A stretch of 34,118 nucleotides of DNA. It comes from a virus (lineage: Duplodnaviria > Caudoviricetes). The notes below the pieces were generated by a model, which was not told where the DNA came from, made no database searches, and worked only from the letters and a program-made list of their open reading frames with translations. The first letter of the stretch is position 1. Each line of letters opens with the position of its first letter. The position numbers were made by a program, and so were the translations under genes. Shown here one piece after another: positions 8,727 through 17,878 of this stretch. Where the stretch lies: the IMG/VR virus record IMGVR_UViG_3300044742_000141, positions 1-34,118 of that record; one strand, given 5' to 3'.

Positions 8727-10337
8727 TTAATCCATCTCTAAACATGGTTGTGCAGTCTCGGTAAACACTTCCTCATCACAATTATGAAGTTGTGCTTCAT
8801 CATCCACTGCGGTCTTTACGCTAGAGCAATATGCACTAGAAATTATAACATCAGGACAATTATGAACTTCCGTACCCCCTCCTGGGGTTGAAGGTACTGG
8901 AACAGTTACGTGATCTGCGAATACTAGCGTATCACTGACACTAACACTTAAGTTAATTGAGGCTGCAATTAGTGCGGTATAGAAGTAACCTTCTGGAGCA
9001 AAATCATCTCTATCAGCTAAACCCCAAGAAATGAAATCTCCATATGAAGTTCCAATATAAACTCCAACTCCAACTTGAACCCAAGAAGTAGATGTGTTAA
9101 CATCCTGAGTATTTAGAATTTCACACGCTTCCCAAGCACTTCCAGTGTAGTCTACTTTCCATAACTTAGATGAGAAAGTAGAACTCCCACCTTCGGTTAA
9201 AGTATCCACAAAAACACTATAATTTGTTCCAGTCCAATAGATAGCTGAATTAGATACTTGATATTGGCTACCAACTATTATTCCAAAAACTGATTCGATG
9301 TTGGGATCAACCTCAGAGACATTTAATGTTCTAGCAAGTGAGAAGCTAGGAACTGATGCATTAGCCCCCTCGAAGATTTTAAAATATGGACTACTGAAGA
9401 TATGAGGCGAAGACACATGATAAGTCTCTTCAAATACACCAACAGCAATTCGTTTAGTTCCACCATCCAGAAATGTAATAGGTTTTGGATGGTCTAGGTT
9501 TTCCACAAGATTGATGTTAGTGTGAATTGTCTCAGAAGACAATAAATTTAAGTCATAGTCTAGTGAATAATGCACCAATGCTTCAGTGATCTGTGGTGGC
9601 GTATTTGGAAACAGCGGATTTAAAGTATGGTGAAATAGAAAGGTGTGTAAACAACCGTCACCTGGGATAATGCTGAAGAACGTGTAAACTACAGTTCCAG
9701 TTTGTGCGTATGGAAGAACTTCTGTCCATGTATCAGTGGCTATGACATATTTAGCCACCGCACACTTTGTATAATAATAAGTTAGCCCCGCGAAGGCTGG
9801 AGTAGGATCACTTTCTGTGTTGGCATATCCAACATAGATAACCCCTCCCACTATACATGCATCAAATGCCTGACGAGAAATACTCATCTGGTCAAATGTA
9901 GGAATATCAGCTAAGTTAGCTACGTGCGGCCCCAACGTACTAAAGCTATGCGAAAAGGCATTAGCTACTATATCATATTTACCGAGGTCTATATTTATCT
10001 GAGAGAATGTACTAGTGTTACGTAAGTACGCGTAGTAAATTATTGAACCCGAAATAAAGAACTGACATCTCTGTTCTGCAAAAAAATCTATTTCAGGATG
10101 AGAAAGAATTGCAATTATTGCCCATGTCAAGCCCCCATTTGTACTTTTAAGAATTTGAATATCATACTCAGGCTCATCCGGTTGGAGACCACTCGTGGTT
10201 AGATTTATGATTTGAGCAATGTAAAGATTTGAAGCATACTCAAATGGCCCGTAGTAAGTTGGCCCCTTCCCGAACCAGTGCGAAGCTGGAACATCGGGCG
10301 CGGCCAAAACTTGAGTAATGTTGGATACGCAACTCAT
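8727..10337 (-). CDS. beta-rich tail / receptor-binding protein, beta-propeller-like (536 aa)
   Basis: Asp-box-like KSTNGGLTW; aromatic, beta-strand-rich composition; located among tail genes. Confidence 0.5.
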   Translation of the reverse strand: MSCVSNITQVLAAPDVPASHWFGKGPTYYGPFEYASNLYIAQIINLTTSGLQPDEPEYDIQILKSTNGGLTWAIIAILSHPEIDFFAEQRCQFFISGSIIYYAYLRNTSTFSQINIDLGKYDIVANAFSHSFSTLGPHVANLADIPTFDQMSISRQAFDACIVGGVIYVGYANTESDPTPAFAGLTYYYTKCAVAKYVIATDTWTEVLPYAQTGTVVYTFFSIIPGDGCLHTFLFHHTLNPLFPNTPPQITEALVHYSLDYDLNLLSSETIHTNINLVENLDHPKPITFLDGGTKRIAVGVFEETYHVSSPHIFSSPYFKIFEGANASVPSFSLARTLNVSEVDPNIESVFGIIVGSQYQVSNSAIYWTGTNYSVFVDTLTEGGSSTFSSKLWKVDYTGSAWEACEILNTQDVNTSTSWVQVGVGVYIGTSYGDFISWGLADRDDFAPEGYFYTALIAASINLSVSVSDTLVFADHVTVPVPSTPGGGTEVHNCPDVIISSAYCSSVKTAVDDEAQLHNCDEEVFTETAQPCLEMD

Positions 10338-10345
10338 GTTTAAAG

Positions 10346-10603
10346 TTAAATCCCACCAGCAATTAGCCTGATCTTAATTCTCTCTATTTCAGCTCTTAAA
10401 TTCTCAACTCTTGAGTTTAAATCTACAAAAGCACTCTCCATCTCGGCCCTTGTTACGTAATCACCCGCTTCGCGTGAAGCTCCTGCATTTACTACTCTTC
10501 GTCCTTTCATGTCAATATTAGAAATGAATAGTTTAGAAACGCGATCATCAAGATCACGTAGGGCCTTTTGAGCATCGTTAAGTGTTGTGATATCTCTAAG
10601 CAT
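10346..10603 (-). CDS. small trimeric coiled-coil tail-associated protein (85 aa)
   Basis: IDMKGRRVVNAG...AGDYVTRA resembles the neck motif of phage fibres and trimeric adhesins; flanked by heptad-like helices. Confidence 0.5.
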   Translation of the reverse strand: MLRDITTLNDAQKALRDLDDRVSKLFISNIDMKGRRVVNAGASREAGDYVTRAEMESAFVDLNSRVENLRAEIERIKIRLIAGGI

Positions 10604-13600
10604 TGGGTTTCCAGCTAAAGGCTTTTATCCACTTAGGGTCAGCTTGCATACCTGAGAGTACGTGTTTTATCTGAACATCGTACATATAGAACGGAAGTGC
10701 GTTAGGCCCAAACTCAATTCTAAATATAGTTCCGTTCACGGTCTTAGGAAGCATCACTTCATATACGTCATCCTTATTCGTGATGGCTGGAATGATTCCC
10801 GAATACTCACCTAAGCTGGCCGCGCTCGACGGAAGTGTTGCTTCATTCTCGATGATGATTTTATACGGAATAGGCCCGTTAGTTGTGATAGCTCTTACCC
10901 TTAGTGCTTGGAATTTCGCTAACTTATCAAACCTCAATGGTCCAATCTGAGTAAACCGTGTCGGCACGGGGAGTGTTTCTACAACCTCTGGCTTCATTAA
11001 TCCATAAAATTCAAACGGTTCATCACCATCGAGGCTTCCGCAAATATCAGTGCAAAACACATCCGTATCAAAGTAATGATACGCAGTGTTGCGAGTAGAG
11101 GTATTAACAGTGGATGGGGTACCAGCAACATTATCAATGATAGGGGTAAACGTAACGTCGGACCCGTTGGTATTGATTTCATATGGAATTACCCTAATTC
11201 TCTTCTTAGATGCCACACCATAATTAGTCTCTGGAATTCTAAACTCTTTGAGTCTAGGCGGAAGTTCTTCTATAATCTGCGGCTTAATAACGTCATAAAA
11301 TTCGAAAGGACTTTTTGGTGTGGTTGTTGACTCAAGTACACCCCCAATGTTAATGGCAATTGGATCGGAGTTTGAAGCGGGGGTAAAGAGATATTCAACA
11401 ACAGTGGGTTCGGTTGTGGAGAAGTCGAAACTAGTTTGATTAACTCCATCAAGTCTTGGAGTGAGTCTAACCGTACTTCCACGTGTATTGATTCTGAACT
11501 TATAGCTAGAGTGACGTTTACGGTTGGGTGTTCCATAATCAGTTTGTGGTATCCTTAGATATGTTACAGGATTCGGCATCTTCTCTGAGATCATCTCGTC
11601 ATAACGAGCAGTGTAGAACTCAAAGAATCCGCAAATTATAGCTGCAATGTCTGTGCCCACTGCTTCTGTGTCAAAGTAGTGGATGTGTGTACCCTTGCGC
11701 CCAAAATTGATGAGACTGGACGGATACACGACTCCATCTATGATGGGCACAAATTCACAATCGACACTAAGCGTGTCGATCTCAACTGGGAAATTCACGA
11801 ATCTCTTACGTGAAGCTGTTCCAAGATTGCTGTAATTTAGACGCAAGTATGTGAGTTGTTCGGGTCTTGGAAGATATTCGATGCTAAAGTTATACAACTT
11901 GAATCGAGTTAATGCAGTGCCTTGAATCTTAACACTAAAAGTCTTACCTAAACCCAGTCCTGTGGTTTCAGCAATCGTAATGAATTTCTCCTCACGTCCA
12001 GTGAACGTGACTCCACTCATCACGGTGTAGTACTGAACTGATCCATTTTTGGCTACACTAACATTCACGGGCGCCCCTCCCGTATCAGCGGTAATCTTTA
12101 GTGTAAAGACATCTTTACGATTACGTGGTAGATTGTCATCATCATGGAAGGTCTGAAAGACCACATCACGGGCAAATGTAGTATCGTCGTAAGTATATAT
12201 TTCTCTGAGAGCGGGCGCTGGAGCGTTATAGCCTGCAAGTAATCTCCCATCTTCTTCACAGAAGAACGAATTAGGATCGGTGTAATACGCTATCCAATAC
12301 TTCTTTACCAGATCAAAGATGAAGCACCATCTTGTTCCATCAGTTAACTCCAAAGCTGTGAACAGCTTATTTTTAGCCACGCATAGCGGGGATGTCTGAA
12401 GATCATTTCCCACTAATCTAACTGGAGCTATTCCATATCTTTCGTTACCATCAAACAACTGTTGCAGTTGGTCTGAAATCACTAGTGAATTGGAGCCGAT
12501 GAGTTGTACGAGTCCAGCGGAGCTTAGATAAAAGATGGCCCCTTGATATGTTGAAGTCTCACGAGTTATAGGAGGATGAGAAACCCCTAACCTTCGGATG
12601 ATGATATCAACAGATCCGTCTGGAAAGTCTACAAGAGTTCCGGTGATTTCAAATATGTCTTGAGTCGTGCCAACTAAGAGTCTCCCCGAGTCTGTGGCTT
12701 TAATCCACAAGTTACGGGAAACGGTAGCTCCTGAGAAAGAGAAAGAGTTAACTGGATCAACAAGATCTGGGTTATCTATCTCAGAAAGATATAAAGAATT
12801 ATCGGTAAGGTAAAGTACACGAGAATTATACTCACCAACAATACCCACAAGAGGCTCGACAATATCCTGAACACTGATGAGGCCAGGTTTGAGAGTTTCT
12901 TGGCGTAGAGCTTCCTCATCGCTCATTCGATCTTCGATCGTATTGAATGGTTCGTGAATTACTGCTACACGATACCACACTGGAAGTTGTTGAACCGACC
13001 CAAAGGGTCGGTGAGCGTCTTCTTGACGTGTAGATCTACGATAAATCCAAACTTCATTTACGTCATCAGTGGCATTTGAAGTGTGTGGAGTAATTATGAC
13101 ATGCCCATGTGAAACCCACACCGCTCCAGATGATGGGCCTTCTGGACTTTTCCCAATATACTTTCCATCATTCGTTACATAAACCTGACAATAATCGTAA
13201 GCCTCGGTGAGCGGCCCTTGTTCACCACCCATAGTATGAATCTCATTTACGAGATTGCTATTCACTGTGTCAGTGAAAAAGAGCTGAAACTTGATGGAGT
13301 TAATTTCCGTCCAACCCTTCGTGGAATTCCCTACTTTGATGAATGCACTTCTATCTGCGGATAGAGTGCTCCAAGCGTTAATTCCACCCTTGAATTGGCC
13401 GCCCACGTCATTTGCCCACTCGAAGTAAAAGTAATCCGTCTCGCCTGACGCAGCATCTAAATTAAATTGAAGTCGAGCTTTGATAAGTTTAGAAGTATCA
13501 CCAACACGGACATTCAATACAATTCCGTCCCCACCTTGGGGGGCCGCAGAATTAGCTACAGTTGAGTCAGGAGTTAGAAGAGTTGGCTCGGCAGTGGCTA

Positions 13601-14081
13601 CAAAAGCGGCATCAGTATCAAAAGTTGTAGAAACTCCAAGCGCAGTTAATTCTGTACGTGCTTGTGATGCTACCTCAATTGATGGCGTTCCATCAGGCCG
13701 TATAATTCCAAGATTGAACGTATTAACGGTATCATCTTTAATCCGAACATTCCCAGAGCAAATTAGTATGTAGCCACGATGTACCGCAAAAGATCCCCTA
13801 AGGGAATCAGCACCAGTATGGAAAACACCACCATTACGAGTAATGTCGCCGTTAGCATTTATGGTATACCTGAACTTGTTGTTACCGATGAATTTCGAGA
13901 AGAGGGTGTGCGGCCAAGAACTAAAATCATAAATATCAGTAATTCCTGGAACTAGAGTTAGCGCACCATCTTCATCCAACTGAAGGTTGTCCATGCGCGC
14001 AAGTCCATCTTTAGGGCCATTTATGAAGTCCCCGGAGGGAACCCAACCCCGCGCCCAATTTTGACGTGCTATAGCGGCCAT
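10596..14081 (-). CDS. tail nozzle / tail tubular protein B-like (1161 aa) with repeated C-terminal domains
   Basis: N-terminal NWARGW...MDNLQLDEDGALT and propeller-like middle (LYLSEIDNPD, LLVGT, AIFYLSSAGL, IFDLVKKYW) typical of P22 gp10/T7 gp12-class proteins; size and position fit. Confidence 0.65.
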   Translation of the reverse strand: MAAIARQNWARGWVPSGDFINGPKDGLARMDNLQLDEDGALTLVPGITDIYDFSSWPHTLFSKFIGNNKFRYTINANGDITRNGGVFHTGADSLRGSFAVHRGYILICSGNVRIKDDTVNTFNLGIIRPDGTPSIEVASQARTELTALGVSTTFDTDAAFVATAEPTLLTPDSTVANSAAPQGGDGIVLNVRVGDTSKLIKARLQFNLDAASGETDYFYFEWANDVGGQFKGGINAWSTLSADRSAFIKVGNSTKGWTEINSIKFQLFFTDTVNSNLVNEIHTMGGEQGPLTEAYDYCQVYVTNDGKYIGKSPEGPSSGAVWVSHGHVIITPHTSNATDDVNEVWIYRRSTRQEDAHRPFGSVQQLPVWYRVAVIHEPFNTIEDRMSDEEALRQETLKPGLISVQDIVEPLVGIVGEYNSRVLYLTDNSLYLSEIDNPDLVDPVNSFSFSGATVSRNLWIKATDSGRLLVGTTQDIFEITGTLVDFPDGSVDIIIRRLGVSHPPITRETSTYQGAIFYLSSAGLVQLIGSNSLVISDQLQQLFDGNERYGIAPVRLVGNDLQTSPLCVAKNKLFTALELTDGTRWCFIFDLVKKYWIAYYTDPNSFFCEEDGRLLAGYNAPAPALREIYTYDDTTFARDVVFQTFHDDDNLPRNRKDVFTLKITADTGGAPVNVSVAKNGSVQYYTVMSGVTFTGREEKFITIAETTGLGLGKTFSVKIQGTALTRFKLYNFSIEYLPRPEQLTYLRLNYSNLGTASRKRFVNFPVEIDTLSVDCEFVPIIDGVVYPSSLINFGRKGTHIHYFDTEAVGTDIAAIICGFFEFYTARYDEMISEKMPNPVTYLRIPQTDYGTPNRKRHSSYKFRINTRGSTVRLTPRLDGVNQTSFDFSTTEPTVVEYLFTPASNSDPIAINIGGVLESTTTPKSPFEFYDVIKPQIIEELPPRLKEFRIPETNYGVASKKRIRVIPYEINTNGSDVTFTPIIDNVAGTPSTVNTSTRNTAYHYFDTDVFCTDICGSLDGDEPFEFYGLMKPEVVETLPVPTRFTQIGPLRFDKLAKFQALRVRAITTNGPIPYKIIIENEATLPSSAASLGEYSGIIPAITNKDDVYEVMLPKTVNGTIFRIEFGPNALPFYMYDVQIKHVLSGMQADPKWIKAFSWKPNA

Positions 14082-14090
14082 CGAAACTCC

Positions 14091-14570
14091 TTAGTTTACC
14101 ACGTCATTTAGGTACTGGCGTAAATATGTTGTTTCGCTAGTACTACTCAAAGAGTCAAATGCATCTAACCAAAGATTTAAATCATCACTCACAGTTTGAA
14201 GCAACTGATCGTTAGTGGCACTCGACGTACCATCAGTCATACTTCCTGTGTCACTGAATATCAAACCTAAATTTAGGCGTAGACCCAACTCGTCACTCAA
14301 ACTCAGCGAATCAGCAAATGCAGTTACCGAGAATTGCGAATTAGCAATTGAATCAGCAAAAGAAAATGAGTCACCGAAGGAAAGGGCTAATGAAAGTTGA
14401 GTTAAAACGGCGTCACTTAGTACTAACTGGTCGGCCCCGCCGCCACCTGACGGTGTTCCAAAACTTAGCTCAAACGCATCAAAATTATCATAGAACATCG
14501 AGTCGAATGCTTCAACACCATATCCAGGTGAAGCAAGCACCGAATCACTCCAATTATTTAGCCCTGCCAT
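14091..14570 (-). CDS. acidic Ser/Asp-rich virion protein built of short repeats (159 aa)
   Basis: Repeats such as FGDSFSFADS, FADSLSLSDE, FSDTGSMTDG, VSDDLNLWLD; AGGA upstream of the ATG. Confidence 0.55.
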   Translation of the reverse strand: MAGLNNWSDSVLASPGYGVEAFDSMFYDNFDAFELSFGTPSGGGGADQLVLSDAVLTQLSLALSFGDSFSFADSIANSQFSVTAFADSLSLSDELGLRLNLGLIFSDTGSMTDGTSSATNDQLLQTVSDDLNLWLDAFDSLSSTSETTYLRQYLNDVVN

Positions 14571-14579
14571 CTTTAAATC

Positions 14580-15581
14580 CTAATCCGCCACGCTAATTCC
14601 GTAACCTATCTTTAGTAAAGAATCGTCTAAGAAGATTCCAAGATCTGCTACCGCGATATTTACTGGTCCAGAGGGGCCAACAACAAATCCAATACCATCT
14701 CGAAGCGCAAGATTATTCCCGTTAATAGATCCGTTACGAATAATCTTATCTTCAATCGAAACTTGTCTATGACCTGCTGGAAATCCAAGCGTTGCGGTGG
14801 CCGCGTCAGTCCAAGGTTGGGCTAAATCGTCTGACTTAGTTACAGTCTGTGCAGCATTTAAAATTACATACGAAACTAAAGGTCTAGCTTGGTCTATAAA
14901 AATTTGATAGGGGTCTACCGTCAAGGTAGATAATTCAGCCGCGCTTAATGCACGGTTGTAGAAATACACGAAATTTGTATATCCAGTATGGTATTCTGAA
15001 CCACCTACATATTTAAAGAATGTAACAGAAGCACCTTTATGTATATCAAGTGTGCGGGCCGCGCTAGCTATCTCGTGAAATGCATCATCTTGATGTCTCT
15101 CATAGATCTTACACGTCGTTCCATCATGAGTTCCAGCGTACACAACCCTTCGAGTGGCGTTATTTCCTGCGGTTGTGGTTGCACCCAAATCATATCCAAC
15201 TCCCCAATGCCCGAATTTTATAGTGGTGGTTGTATCACAATTAAATCCACGAAATTGTCCGTTAGCTCCAGTTGTGCCGTAGTTAAAAATCTGCCCTGTC
15301 GTAGAAGGGTCTGGGATTCCGCCATACACAAACGTAAATGGATTGTTACCGCTAGGAAGAGCCGCATCAGATCCAGATATAATTTTTGTATTTGTGTATA
15401 AAACTTTGCCGTAAACGCGGGTGGTTGCAGTCCCCTGATCCGAAGCATCAGAAAGATGCAGTCCGTAAGCGTGTTCTATAACATAACGGCCCCCATATCC
15501 AAAGAGATATGCCCCAACTATATTTCTAGCTAGGGGGTGAGTACGGATTAATCTAGGATTTATAGGCTTGAAAAATCCCAC
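14580..15581 (-). CDS. LamG/concanavalin-A-like domain virion protein (333 aa)
   Basis: HPLARNIVGAYLF, PFTFVYG, YAGTHDGTTCKIY, GYTNFVYFYNRALSAAELSTL...DPYQIF: LamG-like signature. Confidence 0.75.
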   Translation of the reverse strand: MGFFKPINPRLIRTHPLARNIVGAYLFGYGGRYVIEHAYGLHLSDASDQGTATTRVYGKVLYTNTKIISGSDAALPSGNNPFTFVYGGIPDPSTTGQIFNYGTTGANGQFRGFNCDTTTTIKFGHWGVGYDLGATTTAGNNATRRVVYAGTHDGTTCKIYERHQDDAFHEIASAARTLDIHKGASVTFFKYVGGSEYHTGYTNFVYFYNRALSAAELSTLTVDPYQIFIDQARPLVSYVILNAAQTVTKSDDLAQPWTDAATATLGFPAGHRQVSIEDKIIRNGSINGNNLALRDGIGFVVGPSGPVNIAVADLGIFLDDSLLKIGYGISVAD

Positions 15582-15589
15582 ATTGCCAC

Positions 15590-16051
15590 CTACTGAAGTT
15601 CTTCGTTATAAGTGCGAATGCTGAGGATATTCTCATTATCAGTATTGGTCATCGCTTGCCCAGACTGATTGATTATGATCGGCTTGAACTTTGTATTAGG
15701 CAGAAGAACATGCCGCAAAGCGACTCGTTGTTGCGTAGTAACAGCTCTTACGGGAAATGTTCCGACAAGTGTAGTGATAGCGGGTGCTACAGAATCAGAC
15801 CCATCCGCATAGTTAGTACTATCAACGGCCTGCACAAGATACAATTCACAATAACCATTAGCACTTGGGGAACTCTGAAATCTACAATAGAGATCAAAAT
15901 CCGCATAACGGTTATGTGAAGTAGCGTTATCTACCTCACTCCCCAACTTTGAAGATGTACTAGCTAAATTCTTTAAAGTTGGTGCAGTCGCATCTCCATT
16001 GATAATTGTAGTAAATGTTCCTAGAGCAGACCACTTAATTGCATTCGCCAC
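15590..16051 (-). CDS. small beta-sandwich virion/tail protein (153 aa)
   Basis: Beta-rich, T/S-rich; directly upstream of the LamG gene in the tail module. Confidence 0.55.
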   Translation of the reverse strand: MANAIKWSALGTFTTIINGDATAPTLKNLASTSSKLGSEVDNATSHNRYADFDLYCRFQSSPSANGYCELYLVQAVDSTNYADGSDSVAPAITTLVGTFPVRAVTTQQRVALRHVLLPNTKFKPIIINQSGQAMTNTDNENILSIRTYNEELQ

Positions 16052-16059
16052 TTCGTTGG

Positions 16060-17349
16060 TTACCTCTTCTTTTTATGTTTATGACTCTTACCCGCTGTGC
16101 GGGCCGCGCTAGCCTCAACAATTTGAGCTACTGGAGTTGGCGGAACAAATTCGCTAGCTACAAATTCAGGTTCTAATGCTTTACCCGCTTTGCGGGCTTT
16201 AATCATCATGTTGTAGCCGTTGTGCTCAATCGTTGGAGTTGTGCATCCAAACTCTTTGAAGACTTGAATTACCTTCTCGGGCCACCATCCGTTGTAATGA
16301 AAGTCGTAATCATTGGATTGGCCGCCGTACAACACATTCATTACGTTTATATGTTGCTTCGCGTCACTGAAGTTATCTATGGCCCACTTTACGTTGGGAA
16401 GTACAAAGAACACATCACCACCAGGCTTCAATACTCTAAGCCACTCCGTGAGAATGACCTTCCACTTTTCGCGGGAGAAATGCTCTAACACATGAGAACT
16501 AAATATCAAATCAAATTCCGCATTACCAAAAGGTAGTTCTGTGACATCGCATCGGTAATCTGGATTACACTCTTCTCTTATGTCAACTCTAACCAAAGTG
16601 TATTCTGGAAAATCCGGGGAGCGGTCGAGCGGCCCACACCCTATGTCTATTGCTCTCTTTAATCCATTAACAGCCATTCTGCGTAGCGGTAGAGAATTCG
16701 AAGAGAGGGAATACGTTTTACCTGTGTATACATCTTCGTGACCACAGATCAGAGATCCATCGCACCAAATTTCAAAATCAGTTTCCTTACTCAACTTGTT
16801 GAGGAAGTAGAGATCCTCAGTCCACATATCAGCTTGGTTTACACCATCTTTGAACTGATCTGTGTCAACAGTTTTGAACCAAGGCTTACTCATCTTACTA
16901 AGAACTTCAGTTCTAATAAGAGTGCAATCCATACCCAGACCGCTCACCTGGAAGAACTCTCCCGCTTTCCAATCCCAATATGATCCCATCCCATTTTCAC
17001 GAAACACTAATGGAGCGGGCGGATCACTCTTGGAACAGTACACTCCCCCAACAACACCAATCTTTGGGTTCTGTTCCATCCTAAATATGAGTTGTCTCAA
17101 GGTGGGATTTGGTACTACTACATCATCACCCAAAAAGAAAAGATATTTATTACCCTGTTCCAGGGCTTTCTCAGCTATCGCCTCACGCGCTACATCTACG
17201 GGTTGATTCTTCACAACCATATGGTTATAATTATAATTTATTGGAGGGCAAAGACCTTTGAAAGCCATTGCCCAATCCAGAGTTAACGGGCGGCCAAGAG
17301 TTGGTATTCCAATCATTAGGCCGTGCCCGGTTCCAGTTATCTTCTTCAA
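16060..17349 (-). CDS. fused GT-A (GT2-like) glycosyltransferase + class I SAM-dependent methyltransferase (429 aa)
   Basis: N-half: IGIPT, VDVAREAI, YLFFLGDDVVVP (DxD-like), VVGGVY, GMDCTLIRTEV, TEDLYF. C-half: IDIGCGP (SAM motif I), CDVTELPF, FDLIFSSHVLEHF, LRVLKPGG. Confidence 0.88.
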   Translation of the reverse strand: MKKITGTGHGLMIGIPTLGRPLTLDWAMAFKGLCPPINYNYNHMVVKNQPVDVAREAIAEKALEQGNKYLFFLGDDVVVPNPTLRQLIFRMEQNPKIGVVGGVYCSKSDPPAPLVFRENGMGSYWDWKAGEFFQVSGLGMDCTLIRTEVLSKMSKPWFKTVDTDQFKDGVNQADMWTEDLYFLNKLSKETDFEIWCDGSLICGHEDVYTGKTYSLSSNSLPLRRMAVNGLKRAIDIGCGPLDRSPDFPEYTLVRVDIREECNPDYRCDVTELPFGNAEFDLIFSSHVLEHFSREKWKVILTEWLRVLKPGGDVFFVLPNVKWAIDNFSDAKQHINVMNVLYGGQSNDYDFHYNGWWPEKVIQVFKEFGCTTPTIEHNGYNMMIKARKAGKALEPEFVASEFVPPTPVAQIVEASAARTAGKSHKHKKKR

Positions 17350-17389
17350 TTTATCCCCACTTAAAAAAGTAATTTATTAAAAAGAAAAG

Positions 17390-17878
17390 CTAGTTCGAAA
17401 CAGTGTACGAAAGACCAAGAGTATTAGATGTGGTCTTGTTGATGGTGGAGAAGGTAGCTCTACCTAACAAAGTCCCTCCAGACGATGAGTTGAAGAGGCC
17501 AACTTCACCTAGCGTGGTATTCCCTTGATTAGTTGCAAGAGACATTTGTGCCATCCACGATGGCGGATTAGATGTTAGATTAGTTGTGGTAAATGTCCCA
17601 ATCGCTAGGCGAGTCGTCTCACTCTGAAGAGCAGAGTCAGATGTTGCAGGTGCATTTGTTCCGGTTCCAACGGCCATATAACCAATACTCTGAGAAGTAA
17701 TCATGTCACTGGATATGATCTGTTGAAGAACAAACCGTCTTCCAGCAGTCACGATAGTGTTGTCGTTCTTCTCCCATTGAATAGGAGCTTTGATCCTGTC
17801 TACTTCTTTTTGCGCAGCATCATAAAGAGCAATCTCTACGTAGCCGCGAAGATTAATCAACCCATTTTGTTCACTCAT
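17390..17878 (-). CDS. Ser/Thr-rich tail-fibre/collar-type structural protein (162 aa)
   Basis: NTIVTAGR...YMAVGTGTNAPATSDSALQSE...LGEVGLFN...GGTLLGR...INKT is a widespread phage fibre-attachment domain pattern; 41/162 residues are S/T by hand count. Confidence 0.7.
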   Translation of the reverse strand: MSEQNGLINLRGYVEIALYDAAQKEVDRIKAPIQWEKNDNTIVTAGRRFVLQQIISSDMITSQSIGYMAVGTGTNAPATSDSALQSETTRLAIGTFTTTNLTSNPPSWMAQMSLATNQGNTTLGEVGLFNSSSGGTLLGRATFSTINKTTSNTLGLSYTVSN

